From Eledone cirrhosa (taxonomy: Eukaryota), in assembly GCA_964016885.1 (NCBI GenBank), contig OZ024745.1, positions 65,472,001 through 65,536,000 on the forward strand: a stretch of 64,000 nt of DNA. Direction: 5' to 3'. Below, one piece after another: positions 42,451-57,080 of the stretch. Positions within the stretch are counted from its first letter, which is position 1; every line of letters starts with the position of its first letter. The notes below the pieces were generated by a model. The model was not told the DNA's origin and did no database searches. It worked only from the letters and a program-made list of their open reading frames with translations. The translations under genes were made by a program, and so were the position numbers.

Positions 42451-45400
42451 TTTTTATTTGTGGGATCCATTTTTTATTTGTGGGATCCATTTTTTATTTG
42501 GGGGATCCTTTTTTTATTTGGGTGATCCATTCTTTATTTGGGTGATCCATTTTTTATTTGGGGGATCCATTTTTTATTTGGGTGATCCATTTTTTATTTG
42601 GGTGATACATCTTTTATTTGGGGGATCCATTTTTTATTTGGGGGATCCATTTTTTATTTGGGGGATCCATTTTTTATTTGGGGGATCCATTTTTTATTTG
42701 GGTGATCCATTTTTTATTTGGGGGGATCCATTTTTAATTTGGGTGATCCATTTTTTATTTGGGGGATCCATTTTTTATTTGGGTGATCCATTTTTTATTT
42801 GGGGAATCCATTTTTTATTTGGGTGATCCATTTTTTATTTGGGTGATCCATTTTTTAATTGGGTGATCCATTTTTTATTTGGGGGATCCATTTTTTATTT
42901 GGGTGATCCATTTTTTATTTGGGTGGTCCATTTTTTATTTGGGTGATCCATTTTTTATTTGGGGGATCCATTTTTTATTTGGGTGATCCATTTTTTATTT
43001 GGGGATCCATGTTTTATTTGGGTGATCCATTTTTTATTTGGGTGATCCATTTTTTATTTGGGTGATCCATTTTTTATTTGGGGGGTCCATTTTTTATTTG
43101 GGGGATCCATTTTTATTTGGGTGATCCATTTTTTATTTGGGGGATCCATTTTTTATTTGGGTGATCCATTTTTTATTTGGGTTGATCCCTTTTTTATTTG
43201 GGGGATCCATTTTTTATTTGGGTGATCCATTTTTTATTTGGGGGATCCATTTTTTATTTGGGGGATCCATTTTTTATTTGGGTGATCCATTTTTTATTAG
43301 GGGGATCCATTTTTTATTTGGGTGATCCATTTTTATTTGGAGATCCATTTTTTATTTAGGTGATCCATTTTATAATTGGGTGATCCATTTTTTATTTGGG
43401 GGATCCATTTTTTATTTGGGGGATCCATTATTTATTTGGGTGATCCATTTTTTATTTGGGTGATCCATTTTTTATTTGGGTGATCCATTTTTTATTTGGG
43501 TGATCCATTTTTTATTTGGGTGATCCATTTTTTATTTGGGGGATCCATTTTTTATTTGGGTGATCCATATTTTATTTGGGTGATCCATTTTTTATTTGAG
43601 GGATCCATTTTATATTTGGGTGATCCATTTTTTATTTGGGTGATCCATTTTTTATTTGGGGGATCCATTTTTTATTTGGGTGATCCATTTTTTATTTGGG
43701 GGAACCTTTTTTTATTTGGGTGATCCATTTTTTATTTGGGGGATCCATTTTTTATTTGGGTGATCCATTTTTTATTTGGGGGATCCATTTTTTATTTGGG
43801 GGATCCATTTTTTATTTGGGGGATCCTTTTTTATTTGGGTGATCCATTTTTTATTTGGGTGATCCATTTTTTATTTGGTGGATCCATTTTTTATTTGGGT
43901 GATCCATTATTTATTTGGGGGATCCATTTTTTATTTGGGGGATCCATTTTTTATTTGGGTGATCCATTTTTTATTTGGGGGATCCATTCTTTATTTGGGT
44001 GATCCATTTTTTATTTGTGGGATCCATTTTTTATTTGGGGGATCCATTTTTTATTTGGAGGATCCATTTTTTATTTGGGTGATCCATTTTTTATTTGGGT
44101 GATCCATTTATTATTTGGGGGATCCATTTTTTATTTGGGTGATCCATTTTTTATTTGGGTGATCCATTTTTTATTGGGGGATCCATTTTTTATTTGGGGG
44201 ATCCATTTTTTATTTGGGTGATCCATTTTTTATTTGGGTGATCCATTTTTTAATTGGGGGATCCATTTTTTATTTGGGTGATCCATTTTTTATTTGGGTG
44301 ATCCATTTTTTATTTGGGGGATCCATTTTTTATTTGGGGGCAGAATTTTTATTTGGGTGATCCATTTTTTATTTGGGTGATCCATTTTTTATTTGGGGGA
44401 TCCATTTTTTATTTGGGGGATCCATTTTTTATTTGGGTGATCCATTTTTTATTTGTGGGATCCATTTTTTATTTGGGGATCCATTTTTTATTTGGGGGAT
44501 CCATTTTTTATTTGGGTGATCTATTTTTTATTTGGGTAATCCATTTTTTATTTGGGGGATCCATTTTTTATTTGGGTGATCCATTTTTTATTTGGGTGAT
44601 CCATTTTTTAATTGGGGGATCCATTTTTTATTTGGTTGATCCATTTTTTAATTGGGTGATCCATTTTTTATTTGGGTAATCCATTTTTTATTTGGGGGAT
44701 CCATTTTTTATTTGGGTGATACATTTTTTATTTGGGTGATCCATTTTTTATTTGGGTGATCCATTTTTTATTTGGGGGATACATTTATTATTTGGGTGAT
44801 CCATTTTTTATTTGGGGGGTCCATTTTTTATTTGGGGGATCCATTTTTATTTGGGTGATCCATTTTTTATTTGGGGGATCCATTTTTTATTTGGGTGATC
44901 CCTTTTTTATTTGGGGGATCCATTTTTTATTTGGGTGATCCATTTTTTATTTGGGGGATCCATTTTTTATTTGGGGGATTCATTTTTTATTTGGGTGATC
45001 CATTTTTTATTAGGGGGATCCATTTTTTATTTGGGTGATCCATTTTTATTTGGAGATCCATTTTTTATTTAGGTGATCCATTTTATAATTGGGTGATCCA
45101 TTTTTTATTTGGGGGATCCATTTTTTATTTGGAGTTTCTATTATTTATTTGGGTGATCCATTTTTTATTTGGGTGACCCATTTTTTATTTGGGTGATCCA
45201 TTTTTTATTTGGGTTGATCCCTATTTTATTTGGGGGATCCATTTTTTATTTGGGTGATCCATTTTTTATTTGGGGGATCCATTTTTTATTTGGGTGATCC
45301 ATTTTTTATTTGAGGGATCCATTTTATATTTGGGTGATCCATTTTTTATTTGGGGGATCCATTATTTATTTGGGTGATCCATTTTTTATTTGGGTGATCC

Positions 45401-46679
45401 ATTTTTTATTTGGGTGATCCATTTTTTATTTGGGTGATCCATTTTTTATTTGGGTGATCCATTTTTTATTTGGGGGATCCATTTTTTATTTGGGTGATCC
45501 ATTTTTTATTTGGGTGATCCATTTTTTATTTGAGGGATCCATTTTATATTTGGGTGATCCATTTTTTATTTGGGTGATACATTTTTTATTTGGGGGATCC
45601 ATTTTTTATTTGGGGGATCCATTTTTTATTTGGGGGAACCATTTTTTATTTGGGGGATCCATTTTTTATTTCGGGGATCCATTTTTTATTTGGGTGATTC
45701 ATTTTTTATTTGGGGGATTCATTTTTTATTTGGGTGATCCATTTTTTTTATTTGGGGGTCCATTTTTTATTTGGGTGATCCATTTTTTATTTGGGTGATC
45801 CATTTTTTAATTGGGTGATCCATTTTTATTTGGGTGATCCATTTTTTACTTGGGGGATCCATTTTTTATTTGGGTGATCCATTTTTTATTTTGCTGATTC
45901 ATTTTTTATTTGGGTGATCCATTTTTTATTTGGGGGATCCATTTTTTATTTGGGTGAACCATTTTTTATTTGGGGGATCCATTTTTTATTTGGGTGATCC
46001 ATTTTTTATTTGGGGATCCATTTTTTATTTGGGTGATCCATTTTTTATTTGGGGGATCCATTTTTTATTTGGGTGATCCATTTTTTATTTGGGGATCCAT
46101 TTTTTATTTGGGTGATCCATTTTTTATTTGGGTGATCCATTTTTTATTTGGGGGATACATTTTTTATTTGGGTGATCCATTTTTTATTTGGGGGGTCCAT
46201 TTTTTATTTGGGGGATACATTTTTATTTGGGTGATCCATTTTTTATTTGGGGGATCCATTTTTTATTTGGGTGACCCCTTTTTTATTTGGGGGATCCATT
46301 TTTTATTTGGGTGATCCATTTTTTATTTGGGGGATCCATTTTTTATTTGGGGGATTCATTTTTTATTTGGGTGATCCATTTTTTATTAGGGGGATCCATT
46401 TTTTATTTGGGTGATCCATTTTTATTTGGAGATCCATTTTTTATTTAGGTGAACCATTTTATAATTGGGTGATCCATTTTTTATTTGGGGGATCCATTTT
46501 TTATTTGGAGGATCCATTATTTATTTGGGTGATCCATTTTTTATTTGGGTGATCCATTTTTTATTTGGGTGATCCATTTTTTATTTGGGTGATCCATTTT
46601 TTATTTGGGGGATCCATTTTTTATTTGGGTGATCCATTTTATTATTTGGGGGATCCATTTTTTATTTGGGTGATCCATT

Positions 46680-49600
46680 TTTTATTTGGGGGATCCATTT
46701 TTTATTTCGGGGATCCATTTTTTATTTGGGTGACTCATTTTTTATTTGGGGGATCCATTTTTTATTTGGGTGATCCATTTTTTTATTTGGGGGTCCATTT
46801 TTTATTTGGGTGATCCATTTTTTATTTGTGGGATCCATTTTTTATTTGGGGGATCCATTTTTTATTTTGGGTGATCCATTTTTTATTAAGGGGATCCATT
46901 TTTTATTTGGGTGATCCATTTTTATTTGTAGATCCATTTTTTATTTGGGTGATCCATTTTTTAATTGGATGATCCATTTTTTATTTGGGGGATCCATTTT
47001 TTATTTGGGGGATCCTTTTTTTATTTGGGTGATCCATTTTTTATTTGGGTGATCCATTTTTTATTTGGGGGATCCATTTTTTATTTGGGTGATCCATTTT
47101 TTATTTGGGTGATACATTTTTTATTTGGGGGATCCATTTTTTATTTGGGTGATCCATTTTTTATTTGGGGGATCCATTTTTTATTTGGGGGATCCATTTT
47201 TTATTTGGGGGATCCATTTTTTATTTGTGTGATCCATTTTTTATTTGGGTGATCCATTTTTTAATTGGGTGATCCATTTTTTATTTGGGGGATCCATTTT
47301 TTATTTGGGTGATCCATTTTTTAGTTGGGTGGTCCATTTTTTATTTGGGTGATCCATTTTTTATTTGGGGGATCCATTTTTTATTTGGGTGATCCATTTT
47401 TTATTTGGGTGATCCATTTTTTAATTGGGGGATCCATTTTTTATTTAGTTGATCCATTTTTTAATTGGGTGATCCATTTTTTATTTGGGGGATCCATTTT
47501 TTATTTGGGGGATCCATTTTTTATTTGGGGGATCCATTGTTTATTTGGGTGATCCATTTTTTATTTGGGTGATCCATTTTTTATTTGGGGGATCCATTTT
47601 TTATTTGGGTGATCCATTTTTTATGTGGGTGATCCATTTTTTATTTGGGTGATCCATTTTTTATTTGTGGGATCCATTTTTTATTTGTGGGATCCATTTT
47701 TTATTTGGGGGATACTTTTTTTATTTGGGTGATCCACTTTTTATTTGGGTGATCCATTTTTTATTTGGGGGATCCATTTTTATTTGGGTGATCCATTTTT
47801 TATTTGGGTGATACATTTTTTATTTGGGGGATCCATTTTTTATTTGGGTGATCCATTTTTTATTTGGGGGATCCATTTTTTATTTGGGGGATCCATTTTT
47901 TATTTGGGTGATTCATTTTTTATTTGGGTGATCCATTTTTTATTTGGGGGGATCCATTTTTAATTTGGGTGATCCATTTTTTATTTGGGGGATCCATTTT
48001 TTATTTGGGTGATCCATTTTTTATTTGGGGAATCCATTTTTTATTTGGGTGATCCATTTTTTATTTCGGTGATCCATTTTTTAATTGGGTGATCCATTTT
48101 TTATTTGGGGGATCCATTTTTTATTTGGGTGATCCATTTTTTATTTGGGTGGTCCATTTTTTATTTGGGTGATCCATTTTTTATTTGGGGGATCCATTTT
48201 TTATTTGGGTGATCCATTTTTTATTTGGGGATCCATGTTTTATTTGGGTGATCCATTTTTTATTTGGGTGATCCATTTTTTATTTGGGGGATCCATTTTT
48301 TATTTGGGGGGTCCATTTTTTATTTGGGGGATCCATTTTTATTTGGGGGATCCATTTTTTATTTGGGTGAACCATTTTTTATTTGGGTTGATCCCTTTTT
48401 TATTTGGGGGATCCATTTTTTATTTGGGTGATCCATTTTTTATTTGGGGGATCCATTTTTTATTTGGGGGATCCATTTTTTATTTGGGTAATCCATTTTT
48501 TATTAGGGGGATCCATTTTTTATTTGGGTGATCCATTTTTATTTGGAGATCCATTTTTTATTTAGGTGATCCATTTTATAATTGGGTGATCCATTTTTTA
48601 TTTGGGGGATCCATTTTTTATTTGGGGGATCCATTATTTATTTGGGTGATCCATTTTTTATTTGGGTGATCCATTTTTTATTTGGGTGATCCATTTTTTA
48701 TTTGGGTGATCCATTTTTTATTTGGGTGATCCATTTTTTATTTGGGGGATCCATTTTTTATTTGGGTGATCCATATTTTATTTGGGTGATCCATTTTTTA
48801 TTTGAGGGATCCATTTTATATTTGGGTGATCCATTTTTTATTTGGGTGATCCATTTTTTATTTGGGGGATCCATTTTTTATTTGGGTGATCCATTTTTTA
48901 TTTGGGGGATCCTTTTTTTATTTGGGTGATCCATTTTTTATTTGGGGGATCCATTTTTTATTTGGGTGATCCATTTTTTATTTGGGGGATCCATTTTTTA
49001 TTTGGGGGATCCATTTTTTATTTGGGGGATCCTTTTTTATTTGGGTGATCCATTTTTTATTTGGGTGATCCATTTTTTATTTGGGGGATCCATTTTTTAT
49101 TTCGGGGATCCATTTTTTATTTGGGTGACTCATTTTTTATTTGGGGGATCCATTTTTTATTTGGGTGATCCATTTTTTTATTTGGGGGTCCATTTTTTAT
49201 TTGGGTGATCCATTTTTTATTTGTGGGATCCATTTTTTATTTGGGGGATCCATTTTTTATTTTGGGTGATCCATTTTTTATTAAGGGGATCCATTTTTTA
49301 TTTGGGTGATCCATTTTTATTTGTAGATCCATTTTTTATTTGGGTGATCCATTTTTTAATTGGATGATCCATTTTTTATTTGGGGGATCCATTTTTTATT
49401 TGGGGGATCCTTTTTTTATTTGGGTGATCCATTTTTTATTTGGGTGATCCATTTTTTATTTGGGGGATCCATTTTTTATTTGGGTGATCCATTTTTTATT
49501 TGGGTGATACATTTTTTATTTGGGGGATCCATTTTTTATTTGGGTGATCCATTTTTTATTTGGGGGATCCATTTTTTATTTGGGGGATCCATTTTTTATT

Positions 49601-51470
49601 TGGGGGATCCATTTTTTATTTGTGTGATCCATTTTTTATTTGGGTGATCCATTTTTTAATTGGGTGATCCATTTTTTATTTGGGGGATCCATTTTTTATT
49701 TGGGTGATCCATTTTTTAGTTGGGTGGTCCATTTTTTATTTGGGTGATCCATTTTTTATTTGGGGGATCCATTTTTTATTTGGGTGATCCATTTTTTATT
49801 TGGGTGATCCATTTTTTAATTGGGGGATCCATTTTTTATTTAGTTGATCCATTTTTTAATTGGGTGATCCATTTTTTATTTGGGGGATCCATTTTTTATT
49901 TGGGGGATCCATTTTTTATTTGGGGGATCCATTGTTTATTTGGGTGATCCATTTTTTATTTGGGTGATCCATTTTTTATTTGGGGGATCCATTTTTTATT
50001 TGGGTGATCCATTTTTTATGTGGGTGATCCATTTTTTATTTGGGTGATCCATTTTTTATTTGTGGGATCCATTTTTTATTTGTGGGATCCATTTTTTATT
50101 TGGGGGATACTTTTTTTATTTGGGTGATCCACTTTTTATTTGGGTGATCCATTTTTTATTTGGGGGATCCATTTTTATTTGGGTGATCCATTTTTTATTT
50201 GGGTGATACATTTTTTATTTGGGGGATCCATTTTTTATTTGGGTGATCCATTTTTTATTTGGGGGATCCATTTTTTATTTGGGGGATCCATTTTTTATTT
50301 GGGTGATTCATTTTTTATTTGGGTGATCCATTTTTTATTTGGGGGGATCCATTTTTAATTTGGGTGATCCATTTTTTATTTGGGGGATCCATTTTTTATT
50401 TGGGTGATCCATTTTTTATTTGGGGAATCCATTTTTTATTTGGGTGATCCATTTTTTATTTCGGTGATCCATTTTTTAATTGGGTGATCCATTTTTTATT
50501 TGGGGGATCCATTTTTTATTTGGGTGATCCATTTTTTATTTGGGTGGTCCATTTTTTATTTGGGTGATCCATTTTTTATTTGGGGGATCCATTTTTTATT
50601 TGGGTGATCCATTTTTTATTTGGGGATCCATGTTTTATTTGGGTGATCCATTTTTTATTTGGGTGATCCATTTTTTATTTGGGGGATCCATTTTTTATTT
50701 GGGGGGTCCATTTTTTATTTGGGGGATCCATTTTTATTTGGGGGATCCATTTTTTATTTGGGTGATCCATTTTTTATTTGGGTTGATCCCTTTTTTATTT
50801 GGGGGATCCATTTTTTATTTGGGTGATCCATTTTTTATTTGGGGGATCCATTTTTTATTTGGGGGATCCATTTTTTATTTGGGTAATCCATTTTTTATTA
50901 GGGGGATCCATTTTTTATTTGGGTGATCCATTTTTATTTGGAGATCCATTTTTTATTTAGGTGATCCATTTTATAATTGGGTGATCCATTTTTTATTTGG
51001 GGGATCCATTTTTTATTTGGGGGATCCATTATTTATTTGGGTGATCCATTTTTTATTTGGGTGATCCATTTTTTATTTGGGTGATCCATTTTTTATTTGG
51101 GTGATCCATTTTTTATTTGGGTGATCCATTTTTTATTTGGGGGATCCATTTTTTATTTGGGTGATCCATATTTTATTTGGGTGATCCATTTTTTATTTGA
51201 GGGATCCATTTTATATTTGGGTGATCCATTTTTTATTTGGGTGATCCATTTTTTATTTGGGGGATCCATTTTTTATTTGGGTGATCCATTTTTTATTTGG
51301 GGGATCCTTTTTTTATTTGGGTGATCCATTTTTTATTTGGGGGATCCATTTTTTATTTGGGTGATCCATTTTTTATTTGGGGGATCCATTTTTTATTTGG
51401 GGGATCCATTTTTTATTTGGGGGATCCTTTTTTATTTGGGTGATCCATTTTTTATTTGGGTGATCCATTT
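46680..51470 (+). repeat. Local tandem duplication, unit 2,395 bp (~120 monomers)
   Basis: ORF-track pairs 46965/49360, 47325/49720, 47745/50140, 48145/50540 and 48702/51097 are all offset by 2,395. Confidence 0.88.
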
Positions 51471-54400
51471 TTTATTTGGTGGATCCATTTTTTATTTGGG
51501 TGATCCATTATTTATTTGGGGGATCCATTTTTTATTTGGGGGATCCATTTTTTATTTGGGTGATCCATTTTTTATTTGGGGGATCCATTCTTTATTTGGG
51601 TGATCCATTTTTTATTTGTGGGATCCATTTTTTATTTGGGGGATCCATTTTTTATTTGGAGGATCCATTTTTTATTTGGGTGATCCATTTTTTATTTGGG
51701 TGATCCATTTATTATTTGGGGGATCCATTTTTTATTTGGGTGATCCATTTTTTATTTGGGTGATCCATTTTTTATTGGGGGATCCATTTTTTATTTGGGG
51801 GATCCATTTTTTATTTGGGTGATCCATTTTTTATTTGGGTGATCCATTTTTTAATTGGGGGATCCATTTTTTATTTGGGTGATCCATTTTTTATTTGGGT
51901 GATCCATTTTTTATTTGGGGGATCCATTTTTTATTTGGGGGCAGAATTTTTATTTGGGTGATCCATTTTTTATTTGGGTGATCCATTTTTTATTTGGGGG
52001 ATCCGTTTTTTATTTGGGGGATCCATTTTTTATTTGGGTGATCCATTTTTTATTTGGGGGATCCATTTTTTATTTGGGTGATCCATTTTTTATTTGGGGG
52101 ATCCATTTTTTATTTGGGTGATCCATTTTTTATTTGGATGATCCATTTTTTATTTGGGGGATCCATTTATTATTTGGGGGATCCATTTTTTATTTGGGTG
52201 ATCCGTTCTTTATTTGGGTGATCCATTTTTTAATTGGTGGATCCATTTTTTATTTGGGTGATCCATTTTTTATTTTGGTGATCCATTTTTTATTTGGGGG
52301 ATCCATTTTTTATTTGGGGGATCCATTTTTTATTTGGGTGATCCATTTTCTATTTGGGTGATCCATTTCTTATTTGGGGGATCCATTTTTTATTTGGGTG
52401 ATCCATTTTTTATTTGGGTGATCCATTTTTTATTTGTGGGATCCATTTTTTATTTGGGGATCCATTTTTTATTTGAGGGATCCATTTTTTATTTGGGTGA
52501 TCCATTTTTTATTTGGGTAATCCATTTTTTATTTGGGGGATCCATTTTTTATTTGGGGGATCCATTTTTTATTTGGGTGATCCATTTTTTATTTGGGTGA
52601 TCCATTTTTTAATTGGGGGATCCATTTTTTATTTGGTTGATCCATTTTTTAATTGGGTGATCCATTTTTTATTTGGGGGATCCATTTTTTATTTGGGGGA
52701 TCCATTCTTTATTTGGGGGATCCATTGTTTATTTGGGTGATCCATTTTTTATTTGGGTGATCCATTTTTTATTTGGGGGATCCATTTTTTATTTGGGTGA
52801 TCCATTTTTTATTTGGGTGATCCATTTTTTATTTGGGTGATCCATTTTTTATTTGTGGGATCCATTTTTTATTTGGGGGATCCATTTTTTATTTGGGTGA
52901 TCCTTTTTTTATTTGGGTGATCCATTTTTTATTTGGGTGATCCATTTTTTATTTGGGGGATCCATTTTTTATTTGGGTGATCCATTTTTTATTTGGGTGA
53001 TACATTTTTTATTTGGGGGATCCATTTTTTATTTGGGTGATCCATTTTTTATTTGGGGGATCCATTTTTTATTTGGGGGATCCATTTTTTATTTGGGTGA
53101 TCTATTTTTTATTTGGGTGATCCATTTTTTATTTGGGGGGATCCATTTTTAATTTGGGTGATCCATTTTTTATTTGGGGGATCCATTTTTTATTTGGGTG
53201 ATCCATTTTTTATTTGGGGGATCCATTTTTTATTTGGGTGATCCATTTTTTATTTGGGTGATCCATTTTTTAATTAGGTGATCCATTTTTATTTGGGTGA
53301 TCCATTTTTTACTTGGGGGATCCATTTTTTATTTGGGTGATCCATTTTTTATTTTGCTGATTCATTTTTTATTTGGGTGATCCATTTTTTATTTGGGGGA
53401 TCCATTTTTTATTTGGGTGATCCATTTATTATTTAGGGGATCCATTTTTTATTTGGGTGATCCATTTTTTATTAGGGGGATCCATTTTTTATTTGGGTGA
53501 TCCATTTTTTATTTGGGGGATCCATTTTTTATTTCGGGGATCCATTTTTTATTTGGGTGATCCATTTTTTATTTGTGGGATCCATTTTTTATTTGTGGGA
53601 TCCATTTTTTATTTGGGGGATACTTTTTTTATTTGGGTGATCCACTTTTTATTTGGGTGATCCATTTTTTATTTGGGGGATCCATTTTTATTTGGGTGAT
53701 CCATTTTTTATTTGGGTGATACATTTTTTATTTGGGGGATCCATTTTTTATTTGGGTGATCCATTTTTTATTTGGGGGATCCATTTTTTATTTGGGGGAT
53801 CCATTTTTTATTTGGGTGATTAATTTTTTATTTGGGTGATCCATTTTTTATTTGGGGGGATCCATTTTTAATTTGGGTGATCCATTTTTTATTTGGGGGA
53901 TCCATTTTTTATTTGGGTGATCCATTTTTTATTTGGGGAATCCATTTTTTATTTGGGTGATCCATTTTTTATTTCGGTGATCCATTTTTTAATTGGGTGA
54001 TCCATTTTTTATTTGGGGGATCCATTTTTTATTTGGGTGATCCATTTTTTATTTGGGTGGTCCATTTTTTATTTGGGTGATCCATTTTTTATTTGGGGGA
54101 TCCATTTTTTATTTGGGTGATCCATTTTTTATTTGGGGATCCATGTTTTATTTGGGTGATCCATTTTTTATTTGGGTGATCCATTTTTTATTTGGGGGAT
54201 CCATTTTTTATTTGGGGGGTCCATTTTTTATTTGGGGGATCCATTTTTATTTGGGGGATCCATTTTTTATTTGGGTGATCCATTTTTTATTTGGGTTGAT
54301 CCCTTTTTTATTTGGGGGATCCATTTTTTATTTGGGTGATCCATTTTTTATTTGGGGGATCCATTTTTTATTTGGGGGATCCATTTTTTATTTGGGTAAT

Positions 54401-57080
54401 CCATTTTTTATTAGGGGGATCCATTTTTTATTTGGGTGATCCATTTTTATTTGGAGATCCATTTTTTATTTAGGTGATCCATTTTATAATTGGGTGATCC
54501 ATTTTTTATTTGGGGGATCCATTTTTTATTTGGGGGATCCATTATTTATTTGGGTGATCCATTTTTTATTTGGGTGATCCATTTTTTATTTGGGTGATCC
54601 ATTTTTTATTTGGGTGATCCATTTTTTATTTGGGTGATCCATTTTTTATTTGGGGGATCCATTTTTTATTTGGGTGATCCATATTTTATTTGGGTGATCC
54701 ATTTTTTATTTGAGGGATCCATTTTATATTTGGGTGATCCATTTTTTATTTGGGTGATCCATTTTTTATTTGGGGGATCCATTTTTTATTTGGGTGATCC
54801 ATTTTTTATTTGGGGGATCCTTTTTTTATTTGGGTGATCCATTTTTTATTTGGGGGATCCATTTTTTATTTGGGTGATCCATTTTTTATTTGGGGGATCC
54901 ATTTTTTATTTGGGGGATCCATTTTTTATTTGGGGGATCCTTTTATATTTGGGTGATCCATTTTTTATTTGGGTGATCCATTTTTTATTTGGTGGATCCA
55001 TTTTTTATTTGGGTGATCCATTATTTATTTGGGGGATCCATTTTTTATTTGGGGGATCCATTTTTTATTTGGGTGATCCATTTTTTATTTGGGGGATCCA
55101 TTCTTTATTTGGGTGATCCATTTTTTATTTGTGGGATCCATTTTTTATTTGGGGGATCCATTTTTTATTTGGAGGATCCATTTTTTATTTGGGTGATCCA
55201 TTTTTTATTTGGGTGATCCATTTATTATTTGGGGGATCCATTTTTTATTTGGGTGATCCATTTTTTATTTGGGTGATCCATTTTTTATTGGGGGATCCAT
55301 TTTTTATTTGGGGGATCCATTTTTTATTTGGGTGATCCATTTTTTATTTGGATGATCCATTTTTTAATTGGGGGATCCATTTTTTATTTGGGTGATCCAT
55401 TTTTTATTTGGGTGATCCATTTTTTATTTGGGGGATCCATTTTTTATTTGGGGGCAGAATTTTTATTTGGGTGATCCATTTTTTATTTGGGTGATCCATT
55501 TTTTATTTGGGGGATCCGTTTTTTATTTGGGGGATCCATTTTTTATTTGGGTGATCCATTTTTTATTTGGGGGATCCATTTTTTATTTGGGTGATCCATT
55601 TTTTATTTGGGGGATCCATTTTTTATTTGGGTGATCCATTTTTTATTTGGATGATCCATTTTTTATTTGGGGGATCCATTTATTATTTGGGGGATCCATT
55701 TTTTATTTGGGTGATCCGTTCTTTATTTGGGTGATCCATTTTTTAATTGGGGGATCCATTTTTTATTTGGGTGATCCATTTTTTATTTTGGTGATCCATT
55801 TTTTATTTGGGGGATCCATTTTTTATTTGGGGGATCCATTTTTTATTTGGGTGATCCATTTTCTATTTGGGTGATCCATTTCTTATTTGGGGGATCCATT
55901 TTTTATTTGGGTGATCCATTTTTTATTTGGGTGATCCATTTTTTATTTGTGGGATCCATTTTTTATTTGGGGATCCATTTTTTATTTGAGGGATCCATTT
56001 TTTATTTGGGTGATCCATTTTTTATTTGGGTAATCCATTTTTTATTTGGGGGATCCATTTTTTATTTGGGGGATCCATTTTTTATTTGGGTGATCCATTT
56101 TTTATTTGGGTGATCCATTTTTTAATTGGGGGATCCATTTTTTATTTGGTTGATCCATTTTTTAATTGGGTGATCCATTTTTTATTTGGGGGATCCATTT
56201 TTTATTTGGGGGATCCATTCTTTATTTGGGGGATCCATTGTTTATTTGGGTGATCCATTTTTTATTTGGGTGATCCATTTTTTATTTGGGGGATCCATTT
56301 TTTATTTGGGTGATCCATTTTTTATTTGGGTGATCCATTTTTTATTTGGGTGATCCATTTTTTATTTGTGGGATCCATTTTTTATTTGGGGGATCCATTT
56401 TTTATTTGGGTGATCCTTTTTTTATTTGGGTGATCCATTTTTTATTTGGGTGATCCATTTTTTATTTGGGTGATCCATTTTTTATTTGGGTGATCCATTT
56501 TTTATTTGGGTGATACATTTTTTATTTGGGGGATCCATTTTTTATTTGGGTGATCCATTTTTTATTTGGGGGATCCATTTTTTATTTGGGGGATCCATTT
56601 TTTATTTGGGTGATCTATTTTTTATTTGGGTGATCCATTTTTTATTTGGGGGGATCCATTTTTAATTTGGGTGATCCATTTTTTATTTGGGGGATCCATT
56701 TTTTATTTGGGTGATCCATTTTTTATTTGGGTGATCCATTTTTTATTTGGGTGATCCATTTTTTATTTGGGTGATCCATTTTTTAATTAGGTGATCCATT
56801 TTTATTTGGGTGATCCATTTTTTACTTGGGGGATCCATTTTTTATTTGGGTGATCCATTTTTTATTTTGCTGATTCATTTTTTATTTGGGTGATCCATTT
56901 TTTATTTGGGGGATCCATTTTTTATTTGGGTGATCCATTTATTATTTAGGGGATCCATTTTTTATTTGGGTGATCCATTTTTTATTAGGGGGATCCATTT
57001 TTTATTTGGGTGATCCATTTTTTATTTGGGGGATCCATTTTTTATTTCGGGGATCCATTTTTTATTTGGGTGATCCATTT
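50040..57080 (+). repeat. Local tandem duplication, unit 3,513 bp (~176 monomers)
   Basis: ORF-track pairs 50540/54053, 51097/54610, 51915/55428, 52513/56026 and 53457/56970 are all offset by 3,513. GCAGAA marker at 51941 and 55454. Confidence 0.88.

Larger units (their letters stand above)
17500..53600 (+). repeat. Large super-repeat: ~17.5-34.1 kb duplicated as ~35.0-53.6 kb (offset about 17.2-19.6 kb)
   Basis: Collinear matching ORF-track entries: 17632/35112 (17,480), 19094/36635 (17,541), 20172/37774 (17,602), 22025/39842 (17,817), 26196/44314 and 27852/45970 (18,118), 30163/47325 (17,162), 32358/51915 (19,557). Rare markers are shared, e.g. GGAGTTTCTA at 27013 and 45131. Confidence 0.88.
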
